A DNA stretch of 64,000 nucleotides from Stegostoma tigrinum (Eukaryota). Under the pieces are notes generated by a model. The model ran no database searches. It was not told the origin of the DNA and was given only the letters and a program-made list of their open reading frames with translations. Positions 36,867-50,307 of the stretch are shown piece by piece; within the stretch, counting starts at the first letter, position 1, and each line of letters opens with the position of its first letter. The DNA lies in the NCBI RefSeq assembly GCF_030684315.1, contig NC_081371.1:28267440-28331439 (forward strand), written 5' to 3'. Made by a program: the position numbers and the translations under genes.

Positions 36867-38024
36867 TTCCTCTTTTGGTTTTTTTGCCATATATTCTAAG
36901 TCATTGACAAAAGATATAGAGGTGAGGTGAGGCCTTTTTATTTCACTCAGAGTCAGGTCAGAATATATAACATTAAAACTAAAAAAAAATCATGGTAACT
37001 GATTTTGTAAGTAATATAAAAAGGGAGTTTGTTGTAAGGGTTGATAGAACAAACAAATAGGGGTGTGGAAGTAGGCATGACAGACAACTCTTTCAAACAG
37101 CAAGCAGAATGACATCAAGCCAAATTGCATCAAGCATGAAACAGTTGGGAACAAACAATTTGACCATGAAGGCATTACAATTGAACTACTTGCTCACCTG
37201 ATGTTCACAAGTGCACTTCGTATCTGACAGTGAGTAGCAGTAAGAGATCTACGTAATTTTGTCCTCTCAGGCCTAAAAATGCTGAGGCCAATTGTAACAT
37301 CCCAACTGCTTCTGTTGGTATGATCTATTAGCTCAATAGGGCAGAGTCTGACCACAGATCTTAGAGTTGAATATGATATGTCCATTGGAAATTAGAAATT
37401 ATGGTAAACCTGTTGAAATCACAATGCTGGTTGTAGGGATCCAAAATCTGGTGCAGTCATAGCAGAAACAGATACATTCACTCACATGTGTCTGGTTAAC
37501 AAAATGAAATGGTCATGGTGGTACAGATATAGAGATGATAATACCTTTAACATGGTCTCAAATTAATTTTAGTTATTTAGGTAATTTTCATGAGCTAATT
37601 GACACTTTTTAAAAAGTTGTAAATGACAGTCAATTATCCACTAATTGATGTTAGCTCATAAAGAATTATTTTTCTCAAAACCTAATTAGAGGTGCGAGAA
37701 GATGGAACGTGTTTGTCTGGTACCAGTTGCAAATGCAGACGGCAGCTATAGTGGGAGCTGCATTTGCCAGGGTGAAAAGAATACAGCAGGTAGCAATGTA
37801 GAGGGCTAGCAGCATCTATGGCAATGCATGGGACCAGTGTGGGTAGATAACAGAGCAGTGCTGGAACCAGCACTAGGAGATTGTGATTATCTCAACAAGG
37901 CCCATGGAGAATCACGAATCAAACAGTTTGTGGAGCTGGTTGAGCATGAGTTCCTTTGGTAACAGACAATAGCCTGTCCATCTGGAATTCTTCAACAGAG
38001 CCCTTTATAAAGTAGACCTAGCCC

Positions 38025-38272
38025 TCTTGTGGCATAGTGTCCCTCTCACTGGACTGAGGGTCCTGGGTTCAAGTTCCACCTGCTCCAGAGGTGTGTAGTA
38101 AAATCTCTGAACAGGTTAATTAGAAACATAGGCAAAAATAAAATTAGATGCAGGAAGGTCCGCTTGTGGTGCAGTGGTATTAGCCCTGCCCCAGAACTGA
38201 GAGATCTGAGTTCAAGCCCCACCTGCTCAGAGATGTGTAGTAACATCTCTGAACAGGTTGATTAGAAAAAAT
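38025..38272 (+). mobile_element. Two tandem short tRNA-derived SINE copies
   Basis: Units at about 38025-38128 and 38162-38272, each GTGG..AGTG..GTTCAAG..CCACCTGCTC..GTGTAGTAA..TCTCTGAACAGGTT.ATTAGAAA. Confidence 0.75.
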
Positions 38273-39099
38273 AGGTCAATAATAATGTAGACCTAGGATG
38301 GGTTTGCAGAATTGTCCACCTCGACTGGCATTAGCATGTACACACCATGAGTATTTTGATCTTCAACAATAAACAATGTTCTGTTCCAGCTAAATTTCCT
38401 GAATTATTATAAGAGATCATTGCTCAGACCATTGAGTATAGGAATTGGGGTGTCATGTTGAAGTTGTACAAGACGTTGGTGAGGCCATTTTTGGAGTATT
38501 GGTATGCACGTCTGGCCATGCTGCTATTGGAAGGATATTATTAAATTGGAGAGGGTACAGAAAAGATTTACGAGGACATCCCCAGGGTTGCGATTTCCAA
38601 ATTCTCTGTGAACTAAGACCGCTGCCTCGTAGCACCTGTGAAAATCCAGCCTGATATGTTGCTATTGTGAAAGTCTTGTGGTGCAGTTGGTAGCATCTCT
38701 GCCTCCAAGCCAGTAGCTCATGTGACAAAGAGAATTGGAGCCTTTGCTATTGTGCTGTCATGTTTACTAATGAAAACCTATCAATCTTACACTGTGACGG
38801 ATAAACGAAATGTAAGTTCTGTTTACTTGAAGATACATTACAGATTCACTGCAAACATCGACAACTATTATTACAAGAAAACACAACTACAACTTCCCTC
38901 ACACAACCTGCTTGAATATCCAGTGGCTGCTTGTTATGTTCTACGTCGTGGTTACATGTTAATTGGCATGGTCTCTTTATTATGACTGAGCTAGGAAGAG
39001 TGCAATGTCTTTTTCTGGTTCCACTACTCCACTGGTCACAATATACATTTAAATCAAATAGAAGAAAATGTTTTGTCCATTTATCAATATGGCCAATTT

Positions 39100-42050
39100 T
39101 ATGTTTGCATTTGGAATTTTGTGAGAAGTTTTGGGCTGTGTGCTCAAGGAAGCTGGCATTGGAGGGGATTCAGAAGAGATTTACAAGAATGATGCTGGGG
39201 ATGAAGGGTTTGTGACATGAGGAACAATTGACATCTGGACTCAGTGGAGATTGGAAGAATGAGGGGGTATCAGATTTAATATTTATAGAATACTGAGGGG
39301 CCTCGATAGATTGGATGTGTAGGAGATTTTTCCACCAGTAGGAGACATTAGGACCCAAAGGAACAGTCTCAGGGTGAAGGGATGACCCATTAGAACTGAG
39401 ATGAGGAGGAATTTCTTCAGCCAGACCATGGTTAATCTGTGGAACTCATTGCTGCAGAGGGCTGTGAAAGTCAAGTCACTGAGTGTATTTAAGAAAGAGA
39501 TCAATAGGTTCTTGACTAGTGAAGGGATCAAGGATTACAGGGAGAAGGTAAGAGTTGAGAAACATGTTAGTCATAATCAAATGTGGAGTAGACTTTATAG
39601 ACCAAACGGCTTAATTTTGCTGCAATATCTTATGATCTTATATATCCATTTCAGAGTACAAAATCTACTAACATGGTTTCTTTAATTAACGATGAAACAA
39701 TTGTTTCATTACAAAAGAAAATCTATTCAATAAAGTTGCAAAGCTTATTACATACAGTTTATAAAATGATAGCATAAATATATACCCTTCTAAATGCTGC
39801 AAGCTACAAACACCAAAGTTCCCTCCAAGCTCAAAGTCCCATTTCTGAAGCTGGGTCCTGACCTGAAACGTCAACTTCCCTCTCCTCTGATGCTGCCTGG
39901 CCTGCTGTGCTCCTCCAGCTCCACACTGTGTTATCTCTGATCCTTGGGTCGATTGGCTTCCAAGACAGCACAAACCAATGGTAGGCCACAGGATTGGGAA
40001 TGTTTTATGAACCGGCAGTAAATGACTATGCAAGTAATAGAGAGGAAATATTGAGCACGCAAGTACAGTGACAAGTAATATAAAAACAGACAGCAAGACT
40101 TCTACCTTTGTTTAGAAAAGATGGATTAGTTAAAGCAAAGGTAGAACTCTTGGTGGATGCAACTTGGAAATAAATGACATCTGTCATTGGGAATTTGCTA
40201 GACTCCAGTAGGGAAGAAATCGCACGTAATTTGGAAAAGTTTGATACAGTCAAACTGAGTCAACATGGTTTGAAGAGAAATAATTTTTGACAAATTTTCT
40301 CGAGTTTTTTGAGGATATAATAAGCAGAGTTGTTAAAGGGGAACCGGTAGATGTATAGCAGTGTGTTTAGATTTCAGAAGGCAATTGATAAGGGGCAACA
40401 TTGAACAAGATAGAAACTCATAGTGTAGGAGTAATGTATTAGCGTGGATTGAGATTAGTTAATACACAGAAGACAGAAAGTTAAGATTAATTGCTCTTTT
40501 GCGTTTGCAATGACATGACTAGGAGAGAACCGCAATTATTTATTATCTCTATTAATGATTTCAAGGAGGGGGAAAAGTGAAATAGATCCAAATTACTGAC
40601 ATTACCAAAACAGGTGAAGGAGCATATTGTGATCAGGACATCAGAATTTGAAAGTGGATATAAATAGGTTGAGTGAGTAGGGAAAAGCTTGGCAGATGGA
40701 GTTTAATGTAGGAAAGTGTTTGGTCATGCAATTAGGTAGGAAAATCAAAAGGCAGATGATTATGTTAATGGCGCGAGACTCCAAAAAGTGCATGAAATAG
40801 AAAAAGTTATCATGCAGGTACAGCAAGTAATTAAGAAGGCAAATAGAATTTTGAGAGTTGAAATTTAAAAATAGGAAAGTTTTGTTATTATTGCACAGGA
40901 TGTTGGTGAAATCACATCTGGAGTATTCTGTACAATTTCGATTCTCGCATTTAAGAAAGGATGTCTCAGCATTGAAGACAGCTCAAAAAGAATTCGTTAG
41001 GCTAAATCTTGGAAGAGCGGTTGGCTTATCAAGAATGGCTACACAGATTAAGCATATATTAATTACTTTAAGAAGAATGAGGGGTGATCTTATTGAAACA
41101 TATATAAGATGCTGAGAGCACTTGACAAAGTAGCATGTTGAGAAGATGTTGACTGGTAGTGGAATCCTGGATTAGGGCTCATAGTTATGTAATCAAGGGA
41201 CATTCATTTAAAACTGAGATGCAAAGTAATTTCTTCTTTCAGTGAGTGGTGAATGCCTGGAATTCCTTAGCTCAAAATGTCCTGGAGGTTAAATCACTGG
41301 AAGCATTTAATGAGGATATAGATAGATTTTTTGAATTTTGGAGAATTGAGGGCAATGAAAAGTTGGCATAAAATAAGAGTTGAGGTCTGGGTAGATCAGC
41401 AATGAAATTGTTGCATGGTGGAATAGTCTTGATGGACCAAATATCCTACTTCGGTTCCTTTTTCTTATGTTCTTATATTCATAAGACCAGGGAGGTTATG
41501 CCAAATTTTTGCAAGAAATTGGTTAGACCTCAGCTGGAGAATACTGCATAGTTCTGAGCACCATGATTTAGGAAAGGCATGAAGGCATTGAAGATGTGCA
41601 GAAATGTTTCATGAAACTAACTCCAGGCGTGAAAATCTCCAGTTTTGAGGATAAATTGGTGAAGTTGGGACTGCTCTTCCTGGGGAGTAGAAGGCTGAAG
41701 GAAGACCCCATGAGGTGTCTGGAGAAGTATGTAGGAAGAAACTGTTCTGAGTTGCTAAAGGATCAAGAACAGGAGGGCACAGATTTAAATTGGTTTGCAA
41801 AAGTAGCAATTGAGACATGAGAAAAAGAAAACTTTTTTAAGCAGCAGGTGGTCTGGATTTGGAATGTATTTCCTGGAAGTGTGGTGGAAGCAGATTTGGT
41901 TGAAATATTCAAGAGGGACTTGGACCCGATTATTTAAATAGAATTAATGTACAGGATTATGGCTTAGCACATGGTCAATACGCTCAGAGAGCCAGTGTAG
42001 ATGTGCTGGGCCAAATGGTTTTCTATGCAGTAATAATTCTGTAATTCTGT
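39100..42050 (+). mobile_element. Series of degenerate CR1 fragments (about 39100-39640, 39960-41480, 41480-42050)
   Basis: MRRNFFSQTMVNLWNSL, LVKSHLEYSVQF, RRMRGDLIETY motifs and CR1 3' UTRs. Confidence 0.85.
39838..39940 (+). mobile_element. Short Penelope-type terminal element
   Basis: CCCATTTCTGAAG..GGGTCCTGACCTGAAACGTCAAC..CTGATGCTGCCTGGCCTGCTGTGCTCCTCCAGC. Confidence 0.8.
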
Positions 42051-42100
42051 GAACTTCATGTAGGCAAGTGAACCAAAAGAAAACACATTGAATTCTGCAG

Positions 42101-42385
42101 TGATAATGGGAACTGCAGATGCTGGAGAATCCAAGATAATGAAATGTGAGGCTGGATGAACACAGCAGGCCCAGCAGCATCTCAGGAGCACAAAAGCTGA
42201 CGTTTCGGGCCTAGACCCTTCATCAGAGAGGGGGATGGGGTGAGGGTTCTGGAATAAATAGGGAGAGAGGGGGAGGCGGACCGAAGATGGAGAGAAAAGA
42301 AGATAGGTGGAGAGGAGAGTATAGGTGGGGAGGTTGGGAGGGGATAGGTCAGCCCAGGGAAGGTGGGATGAGGTTAGTCAGTTAG
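42101..42385 (-). mobile_element. Young Penelope-type 3' fragment with an intact hammerhead-like core at 42199-42226
   Basis: Minus strand CTGATGA-A-GGGT-ctag-GCCC-GAAAC-GTC, preceded by a pyrimidine tract. Confidence 0.85.
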
Positions 42386-43374
42386 TTATAGGCTATGTGC
42401 TATTGCTTGAAGGTCAAATAAAAAACAGGAGACAACTGGCCTATTGTTTTAGTACTGCTCAGTTGTGATTGCTTGTATTCCATATCAGTGAAAATTTGAA
42501 ATGAGACACTGTAAGCATAATTACAGATATGATGCTTTACATTTGAAGTTGTTAGCAACACTGCGGTGTCGAAGTTACAGAGTTATGCCCACATTCTGAA
42601 ATGTGGTTAATTAATTCAATAATATCATGACTGAAGAAAATTAGGAGGCACATACTTGATTGACATAATTTCTTTCTGTAAGGCTGGAATATGAGGTAAT
42701 TAGCCATAATCCACAAGAGGTCTTTGATATCTGTTAGAAAGAAAGCAGTATTATATAGCTTTAGGGGAAATTACTCTATAACAAGCAGAGGACAAGGCTT
42801 CCAGACACTGACACAGTCAGTATGATGATTGGACCCATTCAATTAGCATCATTCTGCACCCTATATTAGCCATCTAAGCTAACTGACCCTACAAGGATTT
42901 TACATGATACATGAAACAGGCAGTCTCAATCCTGCTTTTTCATGGTGAGAGATGAATTAGGATATATTGTAATTATACTGATTACCTAAACCAAAGAAAT
43001 TGTACTGATGGTTGGCCTTGGCATTGGCAAAACATTGGCACACTAAGATTAATTTATTGTATATGTTTAGGGAGAGGGTAAAGAGCTTCATTTATGTATC
43101 AGGTTGTGTTATTGTTGATGTATGAATATTTGGTACTGATGCTGGCTGTCCAAACAATGGAATAACCCATTTCACAGTGGCGATGCTCTTCAACTTGATG
43201 GCTACATAATAAAATCACCATAAATGTGTTTCAGAGTAATTTGAAATACTTCCCCAAGATTTCAATACATACACTATCAGAGGATAGTGAATTTATATGT
43301 CAATATCATAAATGTGTTTTTCTTATAAACAGAAAAGAATGTTTCAATTTAAATGAAGTTTATCAGCATTAAAA

Positions 43375-43860
43375 TAACATGAGAAATAGGGACAGGAACA
43401 GACCACTGACTTCTCTAAGCCTGCTGTGCAATTCAATGATATCTTGGCTGACCTTCTACCTCAATTGCACTTCCCTGCACTCTCACCCACCCTTCGTATT
43501 CAAAAACAATGTGTCCATCTTTGTTTTAAATATACTGTTTGACTGAACATTAACAGCGCCGTGGACAATTCCAAAGAATCACACATCTTTAAGAAAGAAA
43601 TTTCTCCCCATCTCAATTCTAGTTGGTCAATTTATGTAACTCTCAGCTCCAAAATACCCAACATGATAAACCCCTTCACAACATCTACCCTATTACAAAA
43701 GTGAGAATTTTATGTAGTTCAACAGGATTACATTTTTGTCTTTTGAATGCTAGAAAACATATACCCATTCTTCTCAATGCCTCTCCACAGAAAAGTCTCT
43801 GTTCCAGGGATCAGTCGACTGATCCTTTGCTCCTTTCTATCTTTCCTAACTCTTTTTCGA
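43375..43860 (-). mobile_element. Degenerate CR1 3' fragment
   Basis: Reverse complement has ISRLIPG and MGRNFFLK-like motifs and a CR1 tail. Confidence 0.7.
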
Positions 43861-44019
43861 TGTGTCACCTTCCTAAAGTAAACATAATTTTTCATGCTGT
43901 GTACAGCAACAACTTGCATTATAAGCACTCACAGTAGCATTATTAAACAATATACCTAAAAAGAGCTCATCAATTTCTCTGCAAGCGTTACATTTTTTAA
44001 ACCAATCTTGCCGGAATAC

Positions 44020-44872
44020 ATAAGATAACACAGCGTGGAGCTAGAAGAACACAGCAGGCTAGGCAGCATCAGAGGAGCAGGAAAGTTGCTGTTTCAGGTT
44101 GAGACCCTTCTTCAGAAATGGGGAAGGGTAAGAGAGCTGGGAAAATAAATAGAGAGAGGAGGGGTGGGGCTGGGGAAGGTAGTTGGGATGGTGATAGGTG
44201 AGTGCAGGTAGGGAGTGGTGGAGATTGGTCAGTGAGGGGGTGGGGCAGATAAATGGGAGAGGAGATGGACAGGTTGTCTCAGGTCAAGAGGCAGGGATGA
44301 GATGGTGGGTTAGGCATGGGATGAGGCCGGGGGTGGGGGGGGATGGTTGGCGAAAACATAGAACTGGTGAATTCCATATTTTGGCCGTTTGGCTCTAGGC
44401 TCCTGAGGCGGAATATGAGATGTTGCTCCTGCAGTTTGCGGGTTGTGTATCATTGTGACATTGGAGGAGGCCTAGGATGGACATGGCATCCAGGGAATGG
44501 GAAGGAGGGTTAAAATGGTTGGCGACTGGAAGGTGTTGTCATTTGTCGCGTACAGAGTGCCGATGCTCTATGAAGATGGTCTCCGAGTCAATGTTTGGTC
44601 TCACTGATGTAGAAGAGGCTACATTGAGTGCAGTGGATACAGTAGACCAAGTTAATCAATGTGCAGGTGAACCCCTGTGTGATATGAAAGGTTCGTTTTG
44701 GGCCTTGAATGGAGGTGAGGGTGGAGGTGTAGGGGCAGGTGTAGCACTTCCTGGGAAAGGTGCTGGGGGTGGTGGAGTTAGTGGGGAGTGTGGAGCTGAC
44801 GATGGAGTTGTGGAGAGAGCTGTCCCTACGAAAGGCAGATAGAGGAGGGAAATATTTCTTTGGTTGTGGGGT
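44020..44872 (-). mobile_element. Penelope-like element 3' portion
   Basis: Reverse-complement homologue of 32136-33137, with more of the GIY-YIG region and the same terminal tail. Confidence 0.9.
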
Positions 44873-45669
44873 GGCTGGAATACATGTTTATTTAATTAGT
44901 ATGGCAGAATGAAAACTGGTTGGATTGTGTATTTGTAGCATTCTGTACAAATATTTCATTCAGAAGGTGGATAAATATAAAAGTTGCTGAAATAGTGGTG
45001 TTTACAAAAACTTTACCATTCCCCACACATAACTCTTAGGAGAAGCTCTTTAGAGCTAACTCAGTTTAAAGAACTAGAATGTAACTTTAAAATCTGGTAT
45101 GATATCTGTGAAGTTGGGACAAAGCGATAGGTTTGGAGTGATAGGATTGGAGGTAACCTGTGAAATGAACATCAGGAATCTATAAGAAAAGCAGAAATGT
45201 TGGAAATTCACATCAAATCAGATGGACCACAGTGTAGCCTCATTGAAGCTCACTATAACTGCAGTGTGACCTCTTTATTCTTCTACTCTAATACCTTTTT
45301 AATAAAGACTAACAACCACTTACTTTCCTATTTGCCTGATTACTATGACAAATTTAATAAAAACATATGTGTATGAATTTTGTTTTTAATCAGAATTTTA
45401 ATGAAGATTGGGTGGGTAATATCACAATAATGAAATACAAAATATTTGCTTTCTCATTATATCTTTCAAAACAGACCTACTGTGTTCTTCCCAGTTGGAG
45501 CAATTATCTCAACAAAGTGAATGTAAGGTGGCTAGCATGGTGTGAGTTTAAATGATTTTACAGGAGGATATCTGGGGGCTAGCATTTCAAAGAAACTTGG
45601 AAAAGTAATGTCCAGTTGCAATTTTTGATTATATTTAATTGAAAGGTTAGTTTTCAGACATTTCGTCAC

Positions 45670-47698
45670 TTTTTTTTATTTGAAAAAATATTCTTTATTC
45701 ATAAGATGTACAAAAAATAAAACATATTTATACACCTACCCAGTCATGCAAGCCGCTCCGGGTTACCCAAGGGGTATGTACACAAACTAAAGGAAAAAAA
45801 CAAACAAAGAAGAAAGAAAAAAAAAACAAAGCAAAGAAAAATACCCCGGCAGTCGTCACCCCGCACAATCCCCATTGGCCCCCTGACCAGTTGGGGAAGG
45901 CGCCAGCTGGGCCCAGGTACCAGATAGGGCCCTTTTTTCTATTCGGGACGAGGGGTTTCACGCCGTGGTCTTGCCTCACCTCGCCTTGGCGGTGGCTGCC
46001 CCAAGCTTTAGCGCGTCCCTCAGCACATAGTCCTGGACCTTGGAGTGCGCCAGTCTGCAACATTCGGTCGGGGTCAGTTCTTACAGCTGGCAGACCAGCA
46101 AGTTGCGGGCAGACCAAAGAGCGTTTTTCACCGCATTGATGGTCCTCCAGGCGCAGTTGATGTTGGTCTCAGTGTGCGTCCCAGGAAACAGCCCGTGGAC
46201 CACAGTGTCCCGCGTCACGGAGCTGCTCGGGACGAACCTCGACAAATACCACTGCATCCCCCTCCAGACCTCCTGCGCATAGGCACACTCCAGAAGGAGG
46301 TAATCGACAGTCTCGTCCCACCCCGCAGCCGCCTCGAGGGCAGCGTGCAGTGGTGCAGAGATTCCGGGCATGCATAAAGGATCTCACTGGCAGAGCCCCT
46401 CTCACCGCCAGCCAAGCAATGTCCTTGTGCTTGTTTGAAAGTTCTGGCGATGAGGCATTCTGCCAAACGACTTTGGCAGTCTGCGTGGGGAACCACATGA
46501 CGGGATCCACCCTCTCCTTTTCCCGAAGGGTCCTGAGGATACTACGTGCTGACCACTGCCTGACGGCCTTGTGGTCAAAGGTGTTTCCTTTCAAAAATTT
46601 CTCCACGAAGGACAGGTGGTACGGAACGGTCCAACTACTCAGAGCGTTCCGCGGCAACGAGGCCAGGCCCATCCTTTGCAACACAGGGGACAGGTAGAAC
46701 CTCAGTATGTAGTGACACTTGGTGTTTGCGTACCGAGGATCTATGCACAGCTTGATGCAGCCGCACATAAAGGTAGCCGTCAGGGCGAGGGTGGCTTTCC
46801 CCCATTTTCCAGGCCTTTGTACATGGTGTCCTTGCGGACCCGGTCCACACTCGACCCCCAAATGAAGTGGAAGATGGCCCGGGTGACCGCAGCAGCGCAG
46901 GTCCAGGTAATAGGCCAGGCCTGCGCCACATACAACAGTACCAAAAGCCCCTCGCACCTGACAACCAGGTTCTTACCCGCGATGGAGAGGGACCGGAGCG
47001 TCCACCTGCCCAGCTTCTGCTTCAGTTTGGTGATAAGCTCCATACAGCACGCGAACAAGGCAGGAGAGAGCGGGCAGCCCTGCCTGACTCCAGATCTGAT
47101 GGGAAAACTGTCCGATTCCCACCAGTTGGTCGAGACTTCGCTAATGATTTTGGTGTAGTGCAGCCGGGTCCAATTGCGGATGCCCTCCCCGAACCCCAAT
47201 TTGGAGAGGACGTCCCTCATGTAAGCATGAGAGACCCTGTCGAAGGCCTTCTCCTGGTCCAGGCTGATGAGGCAGGTGTCCACCCGCCTGTCCTGCACGT
47301 AGGTGATCGTATCCCTGATTAGCACGAGGGTCTCAGCAATCTTCCTGCCCGGCACAGCACAGGTTTGGTCAGGGTGAATGATCGACTCCAAGACAGACCT
47401 GACCCGGTTGGCTATGACCTTGGCCAGGATTTTGCAGTCCACGTTCAATAGTGAAATGGGATGCCAATTCTTAATTTCTTCCCTCTCCCCCTTCCTCTTG
47501 TAAATGAAGGTGATGATGCCCTTCCTCATGGACTTGCACATTTCTCCTGCCCGAAGCGCACTATCGTACACCTCCAGCAGGTCCTGGCCGACAAGGTCCC
47601 ACAGAGCGGAATACAGCTCGACCGGTAAGCCGTCGCTCCCGGGAGTCTTATTCCTCTCCAAGGACTTGACGGCTCTGGTCAGCTCGTCCAGGGATATC
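45670..47698 (-). mobile_element. Tx1-clade non-LTR retrotransposon, 5'-truncated and internally deleted (left arm)
   Basis: ORF 46780..47661 KTPGSDGLPVE..WHPISLLNVDCKILAK..DQEKAFDRV..GVRQGCPLSPALF; C-terminal zinc-finger region CPRGGCG..ETVDYLLLEC; 3' UTR and poly(A) at 45670-45677. Confidence 0.93.
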
Positions 47699-50307
47699 GC
47701 ACCTCAGCAGGTACAGGAAATGGTCCGGCGCCTGGACCTGTGGGCCTTCAATCTGGAGGTGGTGGTGGGGGCATCTCCTAGTGGCTGATGTCACCTACAG
47801 GAACGCTCCCCTGAGGCTGATCAACGTGTATGCCCCAGCGGTACGGAGTGAGCGGTTGGCCGTCCTGCAGCGGCTTCCACCCCTGCTGGCTACGTCCAGG
47901 TCGGTCATCCTAGGCGGAGACTTCAACTGCATCATTGATGCAGATGGAAGATCCGGCGTGGGGACAGCGGGTGGGGGGAGTCAACTGGACTTCATATCCA
48001 GATTCCTGATGGGCACGGTGAAGGACGCCAAGCTGCTTGATGTCTTCAGCACCCCTGCAGATGGAGCGCAGTGGAGATACACCAGGTTGCGGCCAGACGG
48101 GTCTATCCGCGCAAGGATAGACTTCCTGTTTATGGCACGGGCGTTCTCGGTCAGGTCCACCGGCGTCGAGCCGGTGTTCTTCTCCGACCACTGCCTCCTG
48201 CTGGCCGACTGTCACTTACAGGACGACCAGCCGGCCGGCAAGGGGACGTGGAAGCTCAACACGACTCTGTTGCCCCCAGAGAACGTCGAGGAGCTTAAGA
48301 GGGAGTACGCCAGTTGGAGAACCGTGAAACCCCTCTTTGAGTCTCCAGGCGACTGGTGGGAGACGGTGAAGGAGAACATCAAGAGGTTCTTTGTCCTCAA
48401 GGGTGTTCGGAAGGCGAGACAGAGGCGGGGAAAGCTGTCGCGACTCCAGAAAAGGGTGCAGAACCTGCTCCTTCTGCAATTGATGGCGGTCGATGCCATG
48501 GAGGACTCGTGAGGTGAGGGGCCAGCAAGCCTCGCTCTTCGGCGTGGAGGCCTCCAGGATAATCTTCCGGTCCAGGGAGCAGGACGAGACGTGCTCGCGT
48601 TTGTTCTTTCAGAAGGTGCATCCATCAGGAAGGACATGAGCCTGAAGGACGTGACTATCCCAGGCAGCGGAGGCCTTCAGGTCAAGGCCTCACTGTACAT
48701 GGACGATGTCACCATCTTCTTCACCGATCGTCGGTCGGTGAGTAGGCTGTTGGACATCTGCGGCCAGTTTGAACTGGCCTCGGGTGCCAAAGTCAATAGG
48801 GGTAAGAGCGAGGCCATGTTATTCAGGAACTGGGACGTCCGCTCCTTCATCCCCTTCACTGTCAGGACAGACTACCTGAAGGTGCTGGGTGTTTGGTTCA
48901 GTGGAGCTGGGGCGTGCACTAAGACTTGGGAGGAGCGTATCACCAAACCGAAGCAGAAGCTGGGCAGGTGGATGCTCCAGTCCCTCTCCATCGCGGGTAA
49001 GAACCTGGGTGTCAGGTGCGAGGGGCTTTTGGTACTGTTGTATGTGGCACAGGCCTGGCCTATTCCATGGACCTGCGCCGCTGCGATCACCCGGGCCATC
49101 TTCCACTTCATTTGGGGGTCGAGGATGGACCGGGTCCGCAAGGACACCATGTACAAAGGCCTGGAAAATGGGGGAAAGCCACCCTCGCCCTGACGGCTAC
49201 CTTTATGTGCGGCTGCATCAAGCTGTGCATAGATCCTCAGTACGCAAAAACCAAGTGTCACTACTTACTGAGGTTCTACCTGTCCCCAGTGTTGCAAAGG
49301 ATGGGCCTGGCCTCGTTGCCGCAGAAAGCTCTGAGTAGTTGGACCGTTCCGTACCACCTGTCCTTCATGGAGAAATTTTTGAAGGGAAACACCTTTGACC
49401 ACAAGGCCATCAGGCAGTGGTCAGCACGTCGTATCCTCGAGACCCTTCGGGAAAAGGAGAGGGTGGATCCCGTCGTGTGGTTCCCCACGCAGACTGCCAA
49501 AGTCGTTTGGCAGAATGCCTCATTGCCAGAACTTTCAAACAAGCACAAGGACATTGCTTTGCTGGCGGTGAGAGGGGCTCTGCCAGTGAGATCTGTTATG
49601 CATGCCCGGAATCTCTGCGCCACCGCATGCTACCCTCGAGGCGGCTGCGGGGGGCACAAGACTGTTGATCACCTCCTCTGGAGTGCGCCTATGCGCAGGA
49701 GGTCTGGAGGGGGGATGCAGTGGTATTTGTCGAGGTTCGTCCCGAGCAGCTCCGTGACACGGGACTCCGTGCTCTACGGGCTGTTTCCTGGGACGCACAC
49801 CGAGACCAACATCAACTGCACCTGGAGGACCATCAATGCGGTGAAAGACGCTCTTTGGTCTGCCCGCAACTTGCTGGTCTGCCAGCTGTAAGAACTGACC
49901 CCGACCGAGTGTTGCAGACTGGTGCACTCCAAGGCCCAGGACTATGTGCTGAGGGACGCGCTAAAGCTTGGGGCAGCCGCCACCAAGGCGCGGTGGGGAA
50001 AGACCATGGTATGAAACCCCTCGTCCAGAATGGTAAAAAGGGCTCTATCTGGTAACTGGGCCCAGCTGGCGCCTTCCCCAACTGGTCAGAGGGCCAACGG
50101 GGACTGTGCGGGGAGACGACTGCCGGGGTATTTTCTTTGCTTTGTTTTTTTTGCTTTCTTTTTCTTTTCTTTTCTTCTTTGTTTTCTTTTTGCCTTTAGT
50201 TGGTGTACATACCCCCTGGGTAACCCAGAGCTGACATGACTGGGTAGGTGTATAAATGCTTTTTTTGTACATTCTATGAATAAAGCATATTTTTTCAAAT
50301 AAAAAAA
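47699..50307 (+). mobile_element. Tx1-clade non-LTR retrotransposon, 5'-truncated and internally deleted (right arm)
   Basis: APE endonuclease LINVYAP..ILGGDFN..RIDF..FSDH..WKLN; RT C-terminal half SLYMDDV..SGAKVNRGKS; zinc-finger region; AATAAA and A7 tail at 50301-50307. Confidence 0.93.

Larger units (their letters stand above)
34950..37140. mobile_element. Cluster of CR1 3' fragments on both strands with nested SINE and PLE tails
   Basis: Multiple RRMRGDLIE-like and CR1 3' UTR motifs; clearest + strand piece is 35660-36095. Confidence 0.75.
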
